A stretch of 64,000 nt of DNA. It comes from an uncultured Bacteroidaceae bacterium (GTDB lineage Bacteria; Bacteroidota; Bacteroidia; Bacteroidales; SM23-62). Shown here piece by piece: positions 39,107-49,350 of the stretch (its first letter is position 1; the number at the start of each line of letters is the position of its first letter). The translations under genes and the position numbers were made by a program. The stretch covers positions 77,327 through 141,326 of the forward strand of contig CAZNPH010000001.1 in the NCBI GenBank assembly GCA_964574985.1. The letters are read 5' to 3'. The notes under the pieces were generated by a model, which saw only the letters and a list, made by a program, of their open reading frames with translations, ran no database searches and was not told where the DNA came from.

Positions 39107-40576
39107 TTATCTGGAATAATTGGGTGCTTCCCGGGTTATGGTCACATCGTGCGGGTGGTTTTCCGCAACGCCGGCACTGGTGATCTTAACAAATTTGCAG
39201 GTCTGAAGCCTTGAAATATCAGGAGCCCCGCAATACCCCATGCCTGCCCTCAATCCGCCCAGCAGTTGATAGATCACTTCTGCAAGTGTTCCTTTGTAGG
39301 GAACACGGGCAACGATACCTTCGGGAACGAGTTTGTTGATCTCATCTTCCAGATCCTGAAAATACCGGTCGTTCGATCCGCTCTGCATGGCTTCGATGGA
39401 TCCCATGCCACGATAAGACTTATATTTCCGGCCGTTATATATAATGGTCTCGCCCGGGGACTCTTCCACTCCCGCAATCAGGGAACCCGCCATGATGCTG
39501 CTCGAACCGGCCGCAAGGGCCTTCACAATATCTCCTGAATAACGGACACCGCCGTCGGCAATAACCGGAATTCCAGCATTTTTTATAGCGTTGGCAACAT
39601 CATAGATAGCGGTCAACTGGGGCATGCCGACTCCGGCAATCACCCTGGTGGTACAAATCGATCCCGGACCGATGCCGACCTTAACCGCATCGGCACCTGT
39701 TTTGGCCAGATCACTGGCTGCTTCCGCAGTACCGATATTCCCGACCACCATATCCGGCTCAGTAAATTTCTTTCTTACTTGTTTGAACATATCCAGAACA
39801 GGACGGGAATGACCATGAGCCGTGTCGATAACAACGGCATCAACACCCGCTTCGATCAATGCAGCAATTCTGTCCGGGGTTTCGGGTGAGATGCCCACGG
39901 CCGCTGCCACCCGCAATCTTCCTTTGGGATCCTTGCAGGCATTGGGCCGGTCCCGGGTCTTGGTGATGTCCTTGTAAGTGATCAATCCGATCAGCCGGTA
40001 ATCCTTATCCACCACCGGCAGTTTCTCTATCTTGTATTGCTGAAGGATTTCCGCAGCCTGTGACAGATCGGTTTTCCTTGTGGTGGTGACCAGGTTCTCT
40101 GCGGTCATGACCTCGTTGATATTTCTTCCCATATCTGTTTCGAACCTCAGATCCCTGTTGGTAACAATTCCGATCAATTTATTGTGTTCATCGACCACCG
40201 GTATCCCCCCGATTTTGAATTCCTGCATCAGACCCAGGGCATCCGCAACAACGGCGTTTTCCCGGATGGTAATGGGATCCAGTATCATGATGTTTTCAGC
40301 ACGCTTCACTTTCCTGACCTGTGCTGATTGTTCCTCGATCCCCATATTCTTATGAATAACCCCGATTCCCCCTTCCCTGGCAATGGCAATGGCCAGTTCC
40401 TGTTCGGTCACCGTATCCATTGCGGCCGAAACAAAGGGAATATTCAGTTCTATGTTTCTTGAAAACCGGGTCTGCAGATTCACATTGCGGGGAAGGACCT
40501 CTGAATATTCGGGCACCAGAAGCACATCGTCAAAGGTTAATCCCTCTGAGATTATTTTATCTTCCAGGAATGACAT
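39107..40576 (-). CDS. guaB: Inosine-5'-monophosphate dehydrogenase
   Basis: 489 aa. It contains [10 protein letters not shown], a tandem CBS insert, [11 protein letters not shown] (catalytic Cys loop) and [16 protein letters not shown]. Confidence 0.97.
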   Translation of the reverse strand: MSFLEDKIISEGLTFDDVLLVPEYSEVLPRNVNLQTRFSRNIELNIPFVSAAMDTVTEQELAIAIAREGGIGVIHKNMGIEEQSAQVRKVKRAENIMILDPITIRENAVVADALGLMQEFKIGGIPVVDEHNKLIGIVTNRDLRFETDMGRNINEVMTAENLVTTTRKTDLSQAAEILQQYKIEKLPVVDKDYRLIGLITYKDITKTRDRPNACKDPKGRLRVAAAVGISPETPDRIAALIEAGVDAVVIDTAHGHSRPVLDMFKQVRKKFTEPDMVVGNIGTAEAASDLAKTGADAVKVGIGPGSICTTRVIAGVGMPQLTAIYDVANAIKNAGIPVIADGGVRYSGDIVKALAAGSSSIMAGSLIAGVEESPGETIIYNGRKYKSYRGMGSIEAMQSGSNDRYFQDLEDEINKLVPEGIVARVPYKGTLAEVIYQLLGGLRAGMGYCGAPDISRLQTCKFVKITSAGVAENHPHDVTITREAPNYSR

Positions 40577-40581
40577 TTGAT

Positions 40582-40589
40582 TATATTTG
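40582..40589 (+). promoter_or_regulatory. Bacteroidota -7 box (TAnnTTTG) upstream of recQ
   Basis: TATATTTG lies 98 nt upstream of the ATG at 40688, in the guaB/recQ divergent spacer. Confidence 0.35.
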
Positions 40590-40687
40590 ATTACATTTAA
40601 AATTGTGCCAAATTACAAAAAAATGCGGAACCGGGCCCTTCTTTTCAAACCAAACTGATTCCTCCGGAAAACTTGCCATTGCACGGA

Positions 40688-42610
40688 ATGAATATCTATC
40701 AGCAAATACTGGTCAAATACTGGGGGTACACAGAATTCAGGCCCTTGCAGGACGATATCATCAAATCTGTGGCGGCCGGACATGATACACTGGGTTTGAT
40801 GCCGACCGGCGCCGGGAAATCCGTAACATTTCAGGTTCCCGCCCTCGCCAAAGAAGGAATGTGCCTGGTCATAACACCCCTGATCGCACTGATGAAAGAC
40901 CAGGTAAAAAGATTGAACGACATGGGCATTAAAGCCATGGCCGTTCATTCGGGCATGACCCGTGATGAAATCGATACCGGACTCGACAATGCAATTTTCG
41001 GCAAATTCAAATTTCTTTATATTTCCCCTGAGCGAATCGGAACAAATCTTTTTCAGGCCCGCCTGGAAAATATGATCATCAATCTGATCGCCGTGGATGA
41101 AGCACATTGCATCTCACAATGGGGCTATGATTTCCGTCCATCCTATCTGGAAATTGCCAGACTGAAGGATCACATTCCCGATGTCCCTTTGCTTGCTCTT
41201 ACTGCAACTGCCACCCCGGATGTTGTAGACGATATTCAGGACAAACTCCGGTTCCGGGAAAAAAATGTCCTGCGCACAAGTTTTGAAAGAAAAAATCTGG
41301 TCTACTCCGTTCTTGAATCGGAAGACAAGGCGGGTTCACTGGCAGATATCATCCATTCGGTGAATGGCCCGGGGATTGTATATGTGAGGAGCCGAAAAAA
41401 AACCAGGGAGCTGGCCCGGATTCTCTCCCAGGAAAAGGTCTCCTGTGATTATTATCATGCCGGACTGGAACATCCGGAAAGAAACCGGAAACAAAATGAC
41501 TGGATGGAGGAGAAATTCACCGTCATAATCGCAACGAATGCATTCGGGATGGGCATTGACAAAGCCAATGTACGGTATGTTATTCATTATGACCTGCCTG
41601 ATTCGCTTGAATCCTATTTTCAGGAAGCCGGAAGGGCGGGAAGGGATGGCAACAAAGCATATGCAATCCTGCTTTTCAACAATACAGACAGGGCCGCCAT
41701 GGACAAGAGAATCGCGGTCAACTTTCCGGAGATCAAAGTGATCAAAAAGACTTACCAGGCCCTTGGGAATTATTTCCAAATCCCTGTAGGTGCTGCCAAA
41801 GGACAGTCTTTTGACTTCAACATCGCAGAGTTCGCTTCCCGTTACCGGATGAATATCATAACTGTCTTCAGCTGTCTGAAATTTCTGCAGCGGGAAGGTT
41901 ATATCGAATTTACCGAAGAAATATACCATCCCTCCAGGATCATGTTTCTGGTTGCCCGGGATGACCTGTATAAATTTCAGGTATCCAACCCGGATTTTGA
42001 TGTTTTCATTAAGTTGCTGCTCAGATCGTACTCAGGCGTCTTTTCCGCTTATACCACCATCAACGAGCGGCTCCTGGCCAAAAAGGCAAAAACAGACCCG
42101 GGGGTTATCAGGCGGTACCTGAACAGACTGAACAATATGGGGATCATCCGGTTCATACCACAAAAAAAGAATCCGGTCATCATTTATACCGAAGAAAGAC
42201 TGAACAATGATTCCCTGATGATCACCTCCCGGAACTATAAAAGTCTGAAAAAAAGGTTTATCCGGAGGACGGAACAGGTTCTTCAATATTCAACCGGAAA
42301 AAATGTCTGCCGCAGCAGGTACTTGTTGAATTATTTCGGGGAAAGTGATACCAAACGCTGCGGAAAATGTGACATTTGCAGGAAGAAGAATGCTCTGGAT
42401 CTGAATCAATATGAATTCAGCAGGATACGCAACAAAATAAAGGACATATTAAAGGAGAACAAACTGAATGTCAAAGAATTGACCAGCCGGTTGTGCGTCA
42501 ATGATAAAGGAGAGGAAAAGGAGAAAGCCCTGGGGGTCATCAGATGGCTTATGGAAAACGGCAGAATAACCGAAGGGGAAGACCTCAACCTGTGGTGGAC
42601 TGAGCCTTAA
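40688..42610 (+). CDS. recQ: RecQ-family ATP-dependent DNA helicase
   Basis: The ORF track starts at a TTG at 40673. The first ATG is at 40688 (MNIYQQILVKYWGYTEFRPLQDDII). It contains MPTGAGKS, VDEAHCISQWGYDFRPSY, TATAT and QEAGRAGRDG. A Cys-rich Zn motif (CRSRYLLNYFGE...CGKCDIC) lies unusually far C-terminal. Confidence 0.9.
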   Translation: MNIYQQILVKYWGYTEFRPLQDDIIKSVAAGHDTLGLMPTGAGKSVTFQVPALAKEGMCLVITPLIALMKDQVKRLNDMGIKAMAVHSGMTRDEIDTGLDNAIFGKFKFLYISPERIGTNLFQARLENMIINLIAVDEAHCISQWGYDFRPSYLEIARLKDHIPDVPLLALTATATPDVVDDIQDKLRFREKNVLRTSFERKNLVYSVLESEDKAGSLADIIHSVNGPGIVYVRSRKKTRELARILSQEKVSCDYYHAGLEHPERNRKQNDWMEEKFTVIIATNAFGMGIDKANVRYVIHYDLPDSLESYFQEAGRAGRDGNKAYAILLFNNTDRAAMDKRIAVNFPEIKVIKKTYQALGNYFQIPVGAAKGQSFDFNIAEFASRYRMNIITVFSCLKFLQREGYIEFTEEIYHPSRIMFLVARDDLYKFQVSNPDFDVFIKLLLRSYSGVFSAYTTINERLLAKKAKTDPGVIRRYLNRLNNMGIIRFIPQKKNPVIIYTEERLNNDSLMITSRNYKSLKKRFIRRTEQVLQYSTGKNVCRSRYLLNYFGESDTKRCGKCDICRKKNALDLNQYEFSRIRNKIKDILKENKLNVKELTSRLCVNDKGEEKEKALGVIRWLMENGRITEGEDLNLWWTEP

Positions 42611-42663
42611 TTTCAATACAATATTTTTGATCGTATCTGGTTTCTTCAATAGATTGAAGTTCT

Positions 42664-43293
42664 ATGCAAAAGCATCCCGAGCATATTGTTTATTCCGGTG
42701 AAGTCATTGAATTTGTTAAAAGCTGCAATGATTTTTGCATGCTGGTCGAAAAAGCGGGCTCCATGAGTAAAACAGAACTGCTTGGCGAGCTGCATCGCAT
42801 ACTTCCCGGATTATATGCACAGGTTGCCGGACTGCCGGAAACAGAACCGGTCATGGATGAATTCCCCGATAAATATGTAAGGGAAGTCGATTGGGAGAAC
42901 ATCCGTCAGGGAATAATGAAAAAACTGGCCCATCACAATTTCTATCTTGAGGTTTTTGACGAAAGGATGCAGGAAAGTGAAAGGCCTGTCACTGCCAGCA
43001 TTGCAGAAAACCTTGCAGACATTTACCAGGATCTGAAAAACTTTGTTAAATCTTACAGTTATGGCATTACAGAGATCATGAATGACAGTCTATGGGAATG
43101 TATGATGAATTTCAGGAATTACTGGGGCCAGAAATTGCTGAACGTTATGAGAGCGATCCATGCCCTTTATTATGGACAGGAAAATCCGGATGAAGAATCC
43201 GAAGAAGGGCATCATGAAGAAAATCCCGGTAAAAACGGTCCTTCCAACTGGCTTCTGACCAAAATGCAGCAGCAATACAAAGAAAAACCTTAG
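42664..43293 (+). CDS. Hypothetical protein (DUF5063-like)
   Basis: 209 aa, helical, with an acidic C-terminal tail. The stop is 1 nt before the exonuclease start. The family name is from memory of similar Bacteroidota gene pairs and is not verified. Confidence 0.5.
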   Translation: MQKHPEHIVYSGEVIEFVKSCNDFCMLVEKAGSMSKTELLGELHRILPGLYAQVAGLPETEPVMDEFPDKYVREVDWENIRQGIMKKLAHHNFYLEVFDERMQESERPVTASIAENLADIYQDLKNFVKSYSYGITEIMNDSLWECMMNFRNYWGQKLLNVMRAIHALYYGQENPDEESEEGHHEENPGKNGPSNWLLTKMQQQYKEKP

Positions 43294-43294
43294 G

Positions 43295-43882
43295 ATGTTT
43301 GCCAGCAATATCTCCCGGGAAGAGATCAACCGCCTTCCAAAAGGAGAATTCCGGGGAGACATATATGTTATTGAAAACAACAAAGACGTACCCGGTATCA
43401 TGCCGTTTCTGTGGGAAAAAAACCTGCTGGGATTTGATACTGAAACAAAACCCGCTTTCAGGAAGGGAACAAGCAACAGCACCGCTTTGATTCAAATGGC
43501 ATCCGCAGAAGAATGTTTTCTTTTCCGGATAAACCGGTCCGGCATGCATCCTTCCCTCATCAGGATCCTGTCAGACAGCAGGATCAAAAAAATCGGCCTT
43601 GCCCTGAAAGATGATCTGAAAAACCTCACCAAAATGTATTCATTTGCCCCCGCAGGTTTTACAGATCTTCAGCAATATGCCGGTTCATTCGGCATAGAAA
43701 GCAAGGGACTCAGAAAACTGTCAGCCATAGTACTCGGATTAAGGATATCCAAAAGCCAGCAAACCTCAAACTGGGAAAAAGACATTCTCACCGAAAAACA
43801 AATCCGTTATGCAGCCACCGATGCCTGGATATGCCGTGAGATCTGGTGCAAATTGAACAACAGCTGCTCCGGACAACAATAA
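43295..43882 (+). CDS. 3'-5' exonuclease, DnaQ-fold (RNase D / WRN-exonuclease type, PF01612-like)
   Basis: 195 aa. Exo I is LLGFDTETKP and Exo III is IRYAATDAWICREIW (Y-x3-D). The size is typical of stand-alone WRN-like exonucleases. Confidence 0.8.
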   Translation: MFASNISREEINRLPKGEFRGDIYVIENNKDVPGIMPFLWEKNLLGFDTETKPAFRKGTSNSTALIQMASAEECFLFRINRSGMHPSLIRILSDSRIKKIGLALKDDLKNLTKMYSFAPAGFTDLQQYAGSFGIESKGLRKLSAIVLGLRISKSQQTSNWEKDILTEKQIRYAATDAWICREIWCKLNNSCSGQQ

Positions 43883-43958
43883 ACCACATCTTTTTTCATA
43901 AGGGATCGGGGATCCTTTTTGATTATCTTTTACGATATTTATCAAAAATAAAAAGGGA

Positions 43959-46058
43959 ATGCCTGACTTGCTGGAAACCGATATAAAATTCCTGCAGGGT
44001 GTGGGGCCCAAAAGGGCTGAACTTCTCAGGAAAGAATTAAATATCAGAACATTCAGGGATCTCCTGTATTTTTTCCCTTACAAATATACCGACCGGACCC
44101 GGTTCTATTCCGTCAAAGAACTGAAACCTTCCATGCCTCATGTGCAAATCAGGGGGAAAATAACAAGACTTTACACCACGGGGCACAAAAGAAAAAAAAG
44201 GCTTGTTGCCGATTTCTCCGATGATACCGGAACCATTGAGCTGGTATGGTTCCGCGGGGTCAACTGGATCAGGGATACGCTCAGGGCCGATGTTGAATAT
44301 ATTGCCTTCGGGAAACCTTCAATGTATGGGAAACAAATCAGCATTGCACATCCTGAACTGGAAGAGACCGGCAAGCTGGAAAAGGAGATCACTGCGTCAC
44401 TGCAACCTTCTTACAGTACCACAGAAGAACTTAAGAACAATTATGTAACCAGTAAGGTCATTTTCAGGCTCATCGGTAATTTTTTCAGGAATCACCGATT
44501 GAACCTGGAAGAAACAATGCCGGAGCATATCCTGAAACGATACAAACTCCCCGGAATCAACGAATCCCTGCGAACCATACATCTTCCGGAATCGGCTTCA
44601 AGTCTGGCAAAGGCGGAATACAGACTGAAACTGGAAGAGTTGTTCTACATACAGTTAAAAATACTTTCCCAGAAATACAAAAGGGATCAACACAGTCAGG
44701 GTTTTGTTTTCTCCAGGGTGGGCGATTACCTGAATAATTTTTACAAAACCAATCTTCCTTTCGCCCTTACCGGCGCCCAGAAACGGGTTATGAAAGAAAT
44801 CAGGAAAAACATCGGTTCAGGCAAGCAGATGAACCGTTTGCTTCAGGGGGATGTAGGCAGCGGCAAGACGCTGGTTGCCCTTATGACCATGCTCATCGCT
44901 CTGGACAATGGATTCCAGACATGTCTGATGGCGCCCACGGAGATCCTCGCCGGACAACATTTCCAAACCATTGACCGGCTGATCCGGGGACTGGATATCG
45001 AATGTCACCTTCTTACAGGATCAACCGGAAAAAGCGATCGCAAAACCATACACCAAAAATTACAGGACGGTCGTCTGCAGATACTGGTCGGAACCCACGC
45101 GGTCATTGAAGATGAAGTAAACTTTCACAAACTGGGCCTCATCATCATTGATGAACAGCACAGGTTCGGGGTGGCGCAACGTGCCAAATTGTGGAAAAAG
45201 AACATCAATCCGCCCCACGTCCTTGTCATGACCGCCACCCCCATCCCCAGAACACTCGCCATGACACTTTACGGAGATCTAGAGGTGTCGGTGATCGATG
45301 AAATGCCCCCGGGTAGAAAACCGGTCCAGACCTTTCATGCCAATGATTCGAAAAGGTTGCGCGTATTCGGTTTCCTGAAAAAACAAATTAAAATGGGCCG
45401 GCAGATCTATGTGGTCTATCCCCTGATAAAGGAATCTGAAAAAATGGATTACAAGGATCTGGAAGACGGTTATTTCAGCTTCAAACAGGCATTTCCCGAC
45501 TGCGCCATCAGTATTGTTCACGGTCGAATGAAAGCGGAAGACAAAGAAATCGCCATGAAACATTTCATTGCCGGACGTACCGACATCATGGTGGCCACTA
45601 CGGTAATCGAAGTGGGCGTGGACATACCCAATGCAACCGTAATGGTCATTGAAAGTGCAGAGCGGTTCGGTTTGTCACAACTTCATCAGCTCCGGGGAAG
45701 GGTTGGACGGGGTACCGGACAATCATACTGCATATTGATGACATCCCACAAATTATCAGAAGAGGCAAGAAAAAGGATCGAAGTCATAACCGGGACCAAT
45801 GACGGATTCGAAATCGCCGAAATGGATTTGAAACTCAGGGGTCCCGGAGACATAGAAGGAACCCAGCAAAGCGGCATGCCCTTTGACCTTAAAATCGCCA
45901 ACCTGGGCAAAGACGGAAGAATACTCCAGACCGCCAGGAACCTGGCCATTGATATTCTGGAGGATGATCCCGGTCTGGTCAAGGGAAAAAACCAGTTTTT
46001 GGTGAAAAATCTGAAAAAGTTCCGTTCCGGTGATTATGACTGGAGTTCGATCAGTTGA
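43959..46058 (+). CDS. recG: ATP-dependent DNA helicase RecG
   Basis: 699 aa. It has an N-terminal wedge/OB region, GDVGSGKT, IIDEQHRFGV, MTATPIPRT and QLRGRVGRG. Confidence 0.95.
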   Translation: MPDLLETDIKFLQGVGPKRAELLRKELNIRTFRDLLYFFPYKYTDRTRFYSVKELKPSMPHVQIRGKITRLYTTGHKRKKRLVADFSDDTGTIELVWFRGVNWIRDTLRADVEYIAFGKPSMYGKQISIAHPELEETGKLEKEITASLQPSYSTTEELKNNYVTSKVIFRLIGNFFRNHRLNLEETMPEHILKRYKLPGINESLRTIHLPESASSLAKAEYRLKLEELFYIQLKILSQKYKRDQHSQGFVFSRVGDYLNNFYKTNLPFALTGAQKRVMKEIRKNIGSGKQMNRLLQGDVGSGKTLVALMTMLIALDNGFQTCLMAPTEILAGQHFQTIDRLIRGLDIECHLLTGSTGKSDRKTIHQKLQDGRLQILVGTHAVIEDEVNFHKLGLIIIDEQHRFGVAQRAKLWKKNINPPHVLVMTATPIPRTLAMTLYGDLEVSVIDEMPPGRKPVQTFHANDSKRLRVFGFLKKQIKMGRQIYVVYPLIKESEKMDYKDLEDGYFSFKQAFPDCAISIVHGRMKAEDKEIAMKHFIAGRTDIMVATTVIEVGVDIPNATVMVIESAERFGLSQLHQLRGRVGRGTGQSYCILMTSHKLSEEARKRIEVITGTNDGFEIAEMDLKLRGPGDIEGTQQSGMPFDLKIANLGKDGRILQTARNLAIDILEDDPGLVKGKNQFLVKNLKKFRSGDYDWSSIS

Positions 46059-46131
46059 AAAGCCTGAATCCGTGGTCTTATCAAAAAATTTTTTATATTA
46101 ACAAACCAAACCATTAAAGCCGCCATCCAAA

Positions 46132-49100
46132 ATGAGAAACATCATCATTCCGTTTACGGTTTTCTTTCTGTTTTTTTTCAGCAATTGCCGGAAAGAAGAA
46201 ATGTTCAACAAACCACATGACCTGAAATGCGAATACATGAGCAATCCGTTGGGCATCGGTGAAGCAACCCCAAGGTTCTCATGGAAACTGGGAGATACCA
46301 CCCGGGGAGCAATGCAGACAGCCTATCAACTGATGGTCGCTACCAGCCGGCCACAACTGGACCGTGAAAAACCGGACATCTGGAATACCGGCAAGGTCTC
46401 CTCCGGCCGTTCGGTTCTTGTTGAATACGAAGGTCCCCCGGTCGGTTCCTCAACAAAATATTTCTGGAAAGTCAGGTCATGGAACAAAGACTCGGTTCCT
46501 TCCGACTGGAGCGATCCCGCCTGGTTTGAAACCGGCTTGCTGAAAGAAAACGACTGGAAAGCAGACTGGATAAGCGGGCAACCGGTTGAATCCCCCGGGC
46601 TCACAGAATCTTTCGGATATTGGATTTGGCATCCCGGAGGATCTTATCCAAACCGGAATGTATGTTTTCGAAAAAAATTCACGCTGGATCCGGGAAAAAA
46701 GCCAAAAGAAGTTGTCCTCAGTCTTTCCGCGGACAATGAATATGTTGCCTGGATCAACGGCCATTACATTGCCAGAAGCAGAAACTGGAAACAGATCAGG
46801 GAGCACTGCCTTATTGGCAGAATCCGCCCGGGCGGGAATGTTTTGGCTGTCAGCGCAAAGCACATGGGAGATGACCGGGGCGGATTGATCTTCAACCTCA
46901 GGATCCTGTATGAAGACGGTTCCGAAGAAGTGATCATTTCCGATGCCGGTTGCCCTGTCACACTGGATCCGGAGGACTCCTGGAAAAACCCTGATTATAA
47001 AGAAAGCGGTTTTGTCAATGCCAGGGAAATCGCCCCTTACGGAAAGGGGCCACGGCAAAAACAGGCCGTGAAGGATTTCAGGCCGAGATCCCTGATGATG
47101 AGAAAGACATTCACGGTTGACCGGAAGGTAAAAAAGGCCAGGTTGTATGTGAGCGGACTGGGGAACTATGTAATGAGCATCAACGGGGAAAGAGCCGGAG
47201 AAGACGTGCTCACCCCCGGATGGACAAATTATCCTGAAAAGGTACAATATCAGACATACGACATTACCTCCATGCTCAGGCAGGGCAAAAATGTTGCCGG
47301 GGCCATACTGGGAAACATGTGGTGGAGCAGCGGATTAGGCTGGTCCGGCGGGGTTACATACAGTACGGATCCCAACAGGCTGATTGCCCAGATAATCATT
47401 GAATACAACAACGGCGGGGAAAAGATACTGGCAACCGATGATTCCTGGAAAATACACCCGTCCCCGATCCTGAAAAATTCCCTGTATGACGGGGAAACAT
47501 ATGACGCAAGGCTGGAACAGGCCGGATGGGACAGTACGGGATTTAATGACAGCCGGTGGGAAAACGCAAGGATTGTAACAGATGTGCATGTGAAACTTGT
47601 CGCCCAGCAGGGTCCTCCGTTACGGGTTACCGAACAATTGATTCCGGTAAACATTACCCGGACCGAATTCAATACATATGTGTTTGATTTCGGGCAAAAC
47701 ATGGTAGGCTGGACCCGGCTGAAAGTCCGGGGCAAGGCCGGAAACAGGATACAACTGAAATACGCCGAGCTTCTGCATGAAGACGGAACGGTGGCACAGG
47801 AAAACCTGAGAACCGCCCTGGCCACCGATTATTACATCCTGAAAGGCGAGGAAACGGAAATATGGGAACCGAAATTCACCTATCATGGTTTCCGGTACGT
47901 GGAGGTGGCCGGTTTGCCGGAGCCTCCTTCCAGTGAAACGCTGACCGGACTCGTGGTGCATTCGGACGCACCTTTTACCGGAGAGTTTGTATGTTCCAGT
48001 GACCTGCTCAACGGGATATGGCAGAATATTTTATGGAGCCAGCGGGGGAATATGCACAGTGTACCCACCGATTGCCCGCAGAGAGATGAAAGGCTGGGAT
48101 GGATGGGTGACGCACAGATATTTACTCCCACCGCCTGTTACAATATGCATATGGCGGGATTCTTATCCAAATGGGAAAAGGATATTACCGACTGCCAGGA
48201 AGAAGAAGGCTGGGTCTATGACGTGAATCCTGCAATCGTTGTGGAGGGGCCATCCAAACCGGGCTGGGGAGACGCCGTAGTGATAATACCCTGGACCGTT
48301 TACCGATTTTACGGCGATGAAAAAATCCTGGAAGAGAACTACGAAGGGATGAAAGCATGGGTCGAATACATGAGAAAAGAAAGCAGGAATGATATATACC
48401 GCTGGGGCACAGAGGAATGGGACGGATATGGGGATTGGATCGCCGTGGTGGAATCCCCTGCCTTTCCAATCTCTGCCGCTTATTATTATTACAGCACAAA
48501 ATTGTTGTCCGGAATCGCAGGAATTCTCGGACACCATAAGGATGAAAAGGATTATGCAGAGCTGGCCGACCGGATTGCCGAAGCATTCAACGAACGTTTC
48601 CTGGATAAGAACACATACAATTATCCTGCCGGAACACAAACTGCCAACTTGCTTCCGGTTGCTTTCGGCATCACACCCGAACCTTTACAGGATGAAGTGG
48701 TCAGGAACATCATGACAGATGTAAAAGCCAGAGGATATCATCCCGCCACCGGATTCCTCGGAACCGCATACCTGCTTCCTGTTCTGAGTGATTTCGGATA
48801 CCATAAAGCGGCATTCAAAACGGCTACCGGAATGGAATACCCCTCATGGGGCTATATGCTGGAAAAAGGAGCCACCACCATATGGGAACTCTGGAACAGT
48901 GACACAGAGCCCCCAGGGGGAATGAATTCCCGGAACCATTTTGCCCTTGGATCGGTGGGTGAATGGTATTACAGCCATCTGGCCGGTATCCGCACCGATG
49001 ATGAACAACCCGGATTCAAACATACGGTGATCGCCCCCTGCCCGGTAAAAGAACTCGCCTGGGCCAGGGCACTGATCGATACAGACTACGGATTGCTTGC

Positions 49101-49350
49101 ATCATCATGGGAACAGGAAGAAAAAGAATACAGGCTGAAAGTAACAATACCCCCGAATACCAGGGCTACGGTTAAAATTCCCCTGTTGGAATACACTTCA
49201 CCCCTCATCACCGAAGGGCAATCCGTTCTTCTGAAAGAAGGCAATCCTGTAGAAAAGTCCGAGAACATTTCATTCCGGGGAATGGAAAATAACCGTGCGG
49301 TTTTCCTGACCGGCTCAGGAAATTACCACTTCGTGCTTACTCAGGAATAA
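46132..49350 (+). CDS. Alpha-L-rhamnosidase (GH78), lipoprotein
   Basis: 1072 aa with the lipobox FFFSNC. It contains LKCEYMSNPLGIGEATPRFSW (the typical GH78 N-terminus), PTDCPQRDERLGWMGD, and an (alpha/alpha)6 region with WGYMLEKGATTIWELW. Confidence 0.88.
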   Translation: MRNIIIPFTVFFLFFFSNCRKEEMFNKPHDLKCEYMSNPLGIGEATPRFSWKLGDTTRGAMQTAYQLMVATSRPQLDREKPDIWNTGKVSSGRSVLVEYEGPPVGSSTKYFWKVRSWNKDSVPSDWSDPAWFETGLLKENDWKADWISGQPVESPGLTESFGYWIWHPGGSYPNRNVCFRKKFTLDPGKKPKEVVLSLSADNEYVAWINGHYIARSRNWKQIREHCLIGRIRPGGNVLAVSAKHMGDDRGGLIFNLRILYEDGSEEVIISDAGCPVTLDPEDSWKNPDYKESGFVNAREIAPYGKGPRQKQAVKDFRPRSLMMRKTFTVDRKVKKARLYVSGLGNYVMSINGERAGEDVLTPGWTNYPEKVQYQTYDITSMLRQGKNVAGAILGNMWWSSGLGWSGGVTYSTDPNRLIAQIIIEYNNGGEKILATDDSWKIHPSPILKNSLYDGETYDARLEQAGWDSTGFNDSRWENARIVTDVHVKLVAQQGPPLRVTEQLIPVNITRTEFNTYVFDFGQNMVGWTRLKVRGKAGNRIQLKYAELLHEDGTVAQENLRTALATDYYILKGEETEIWEPKFTYHGFRYVEVAGLPEPPSSETLTGLVVHSDAPFTGEFVCSSDLLNGIWQNILWSQRGNMHSVPTDCPQRDERLGWMGDAQIFTPTACYNMHMAGFLSKWEKDITDCQEEEGWVYDVNPAIVVEGPSKPGWGDAVVIIPWTVYRFYGDEKILEENYEGMKAWVEYMRKESRNDIYRWGTEEWDGYGDWIAVVESPAFPISAAYYYYSTKLLSGIAGILGHHKDEKDYAELADRIAEAFNERFLDKNTYNYPAGTQTANLLPVAFGITPEPLQDEVVRNIMTDVKARGYHPATGFLGTAYLLPVLSDFGYHKAAFKTATGMEYPSWGYMLEKGATTIWELWNSDTEPPGGMNSRNHFALGSVGEWYYSHLAGIRTDDEQPGFKHTVIAPCPVKELAWARALIDTDYGLLASSWEQEEKEYRLKVTIPPNTRATVKIPLLEYTSPLITEGQSVLLKEGNPVEKSENISFRGMENNRAVFLTGSGNYHFVLTQE

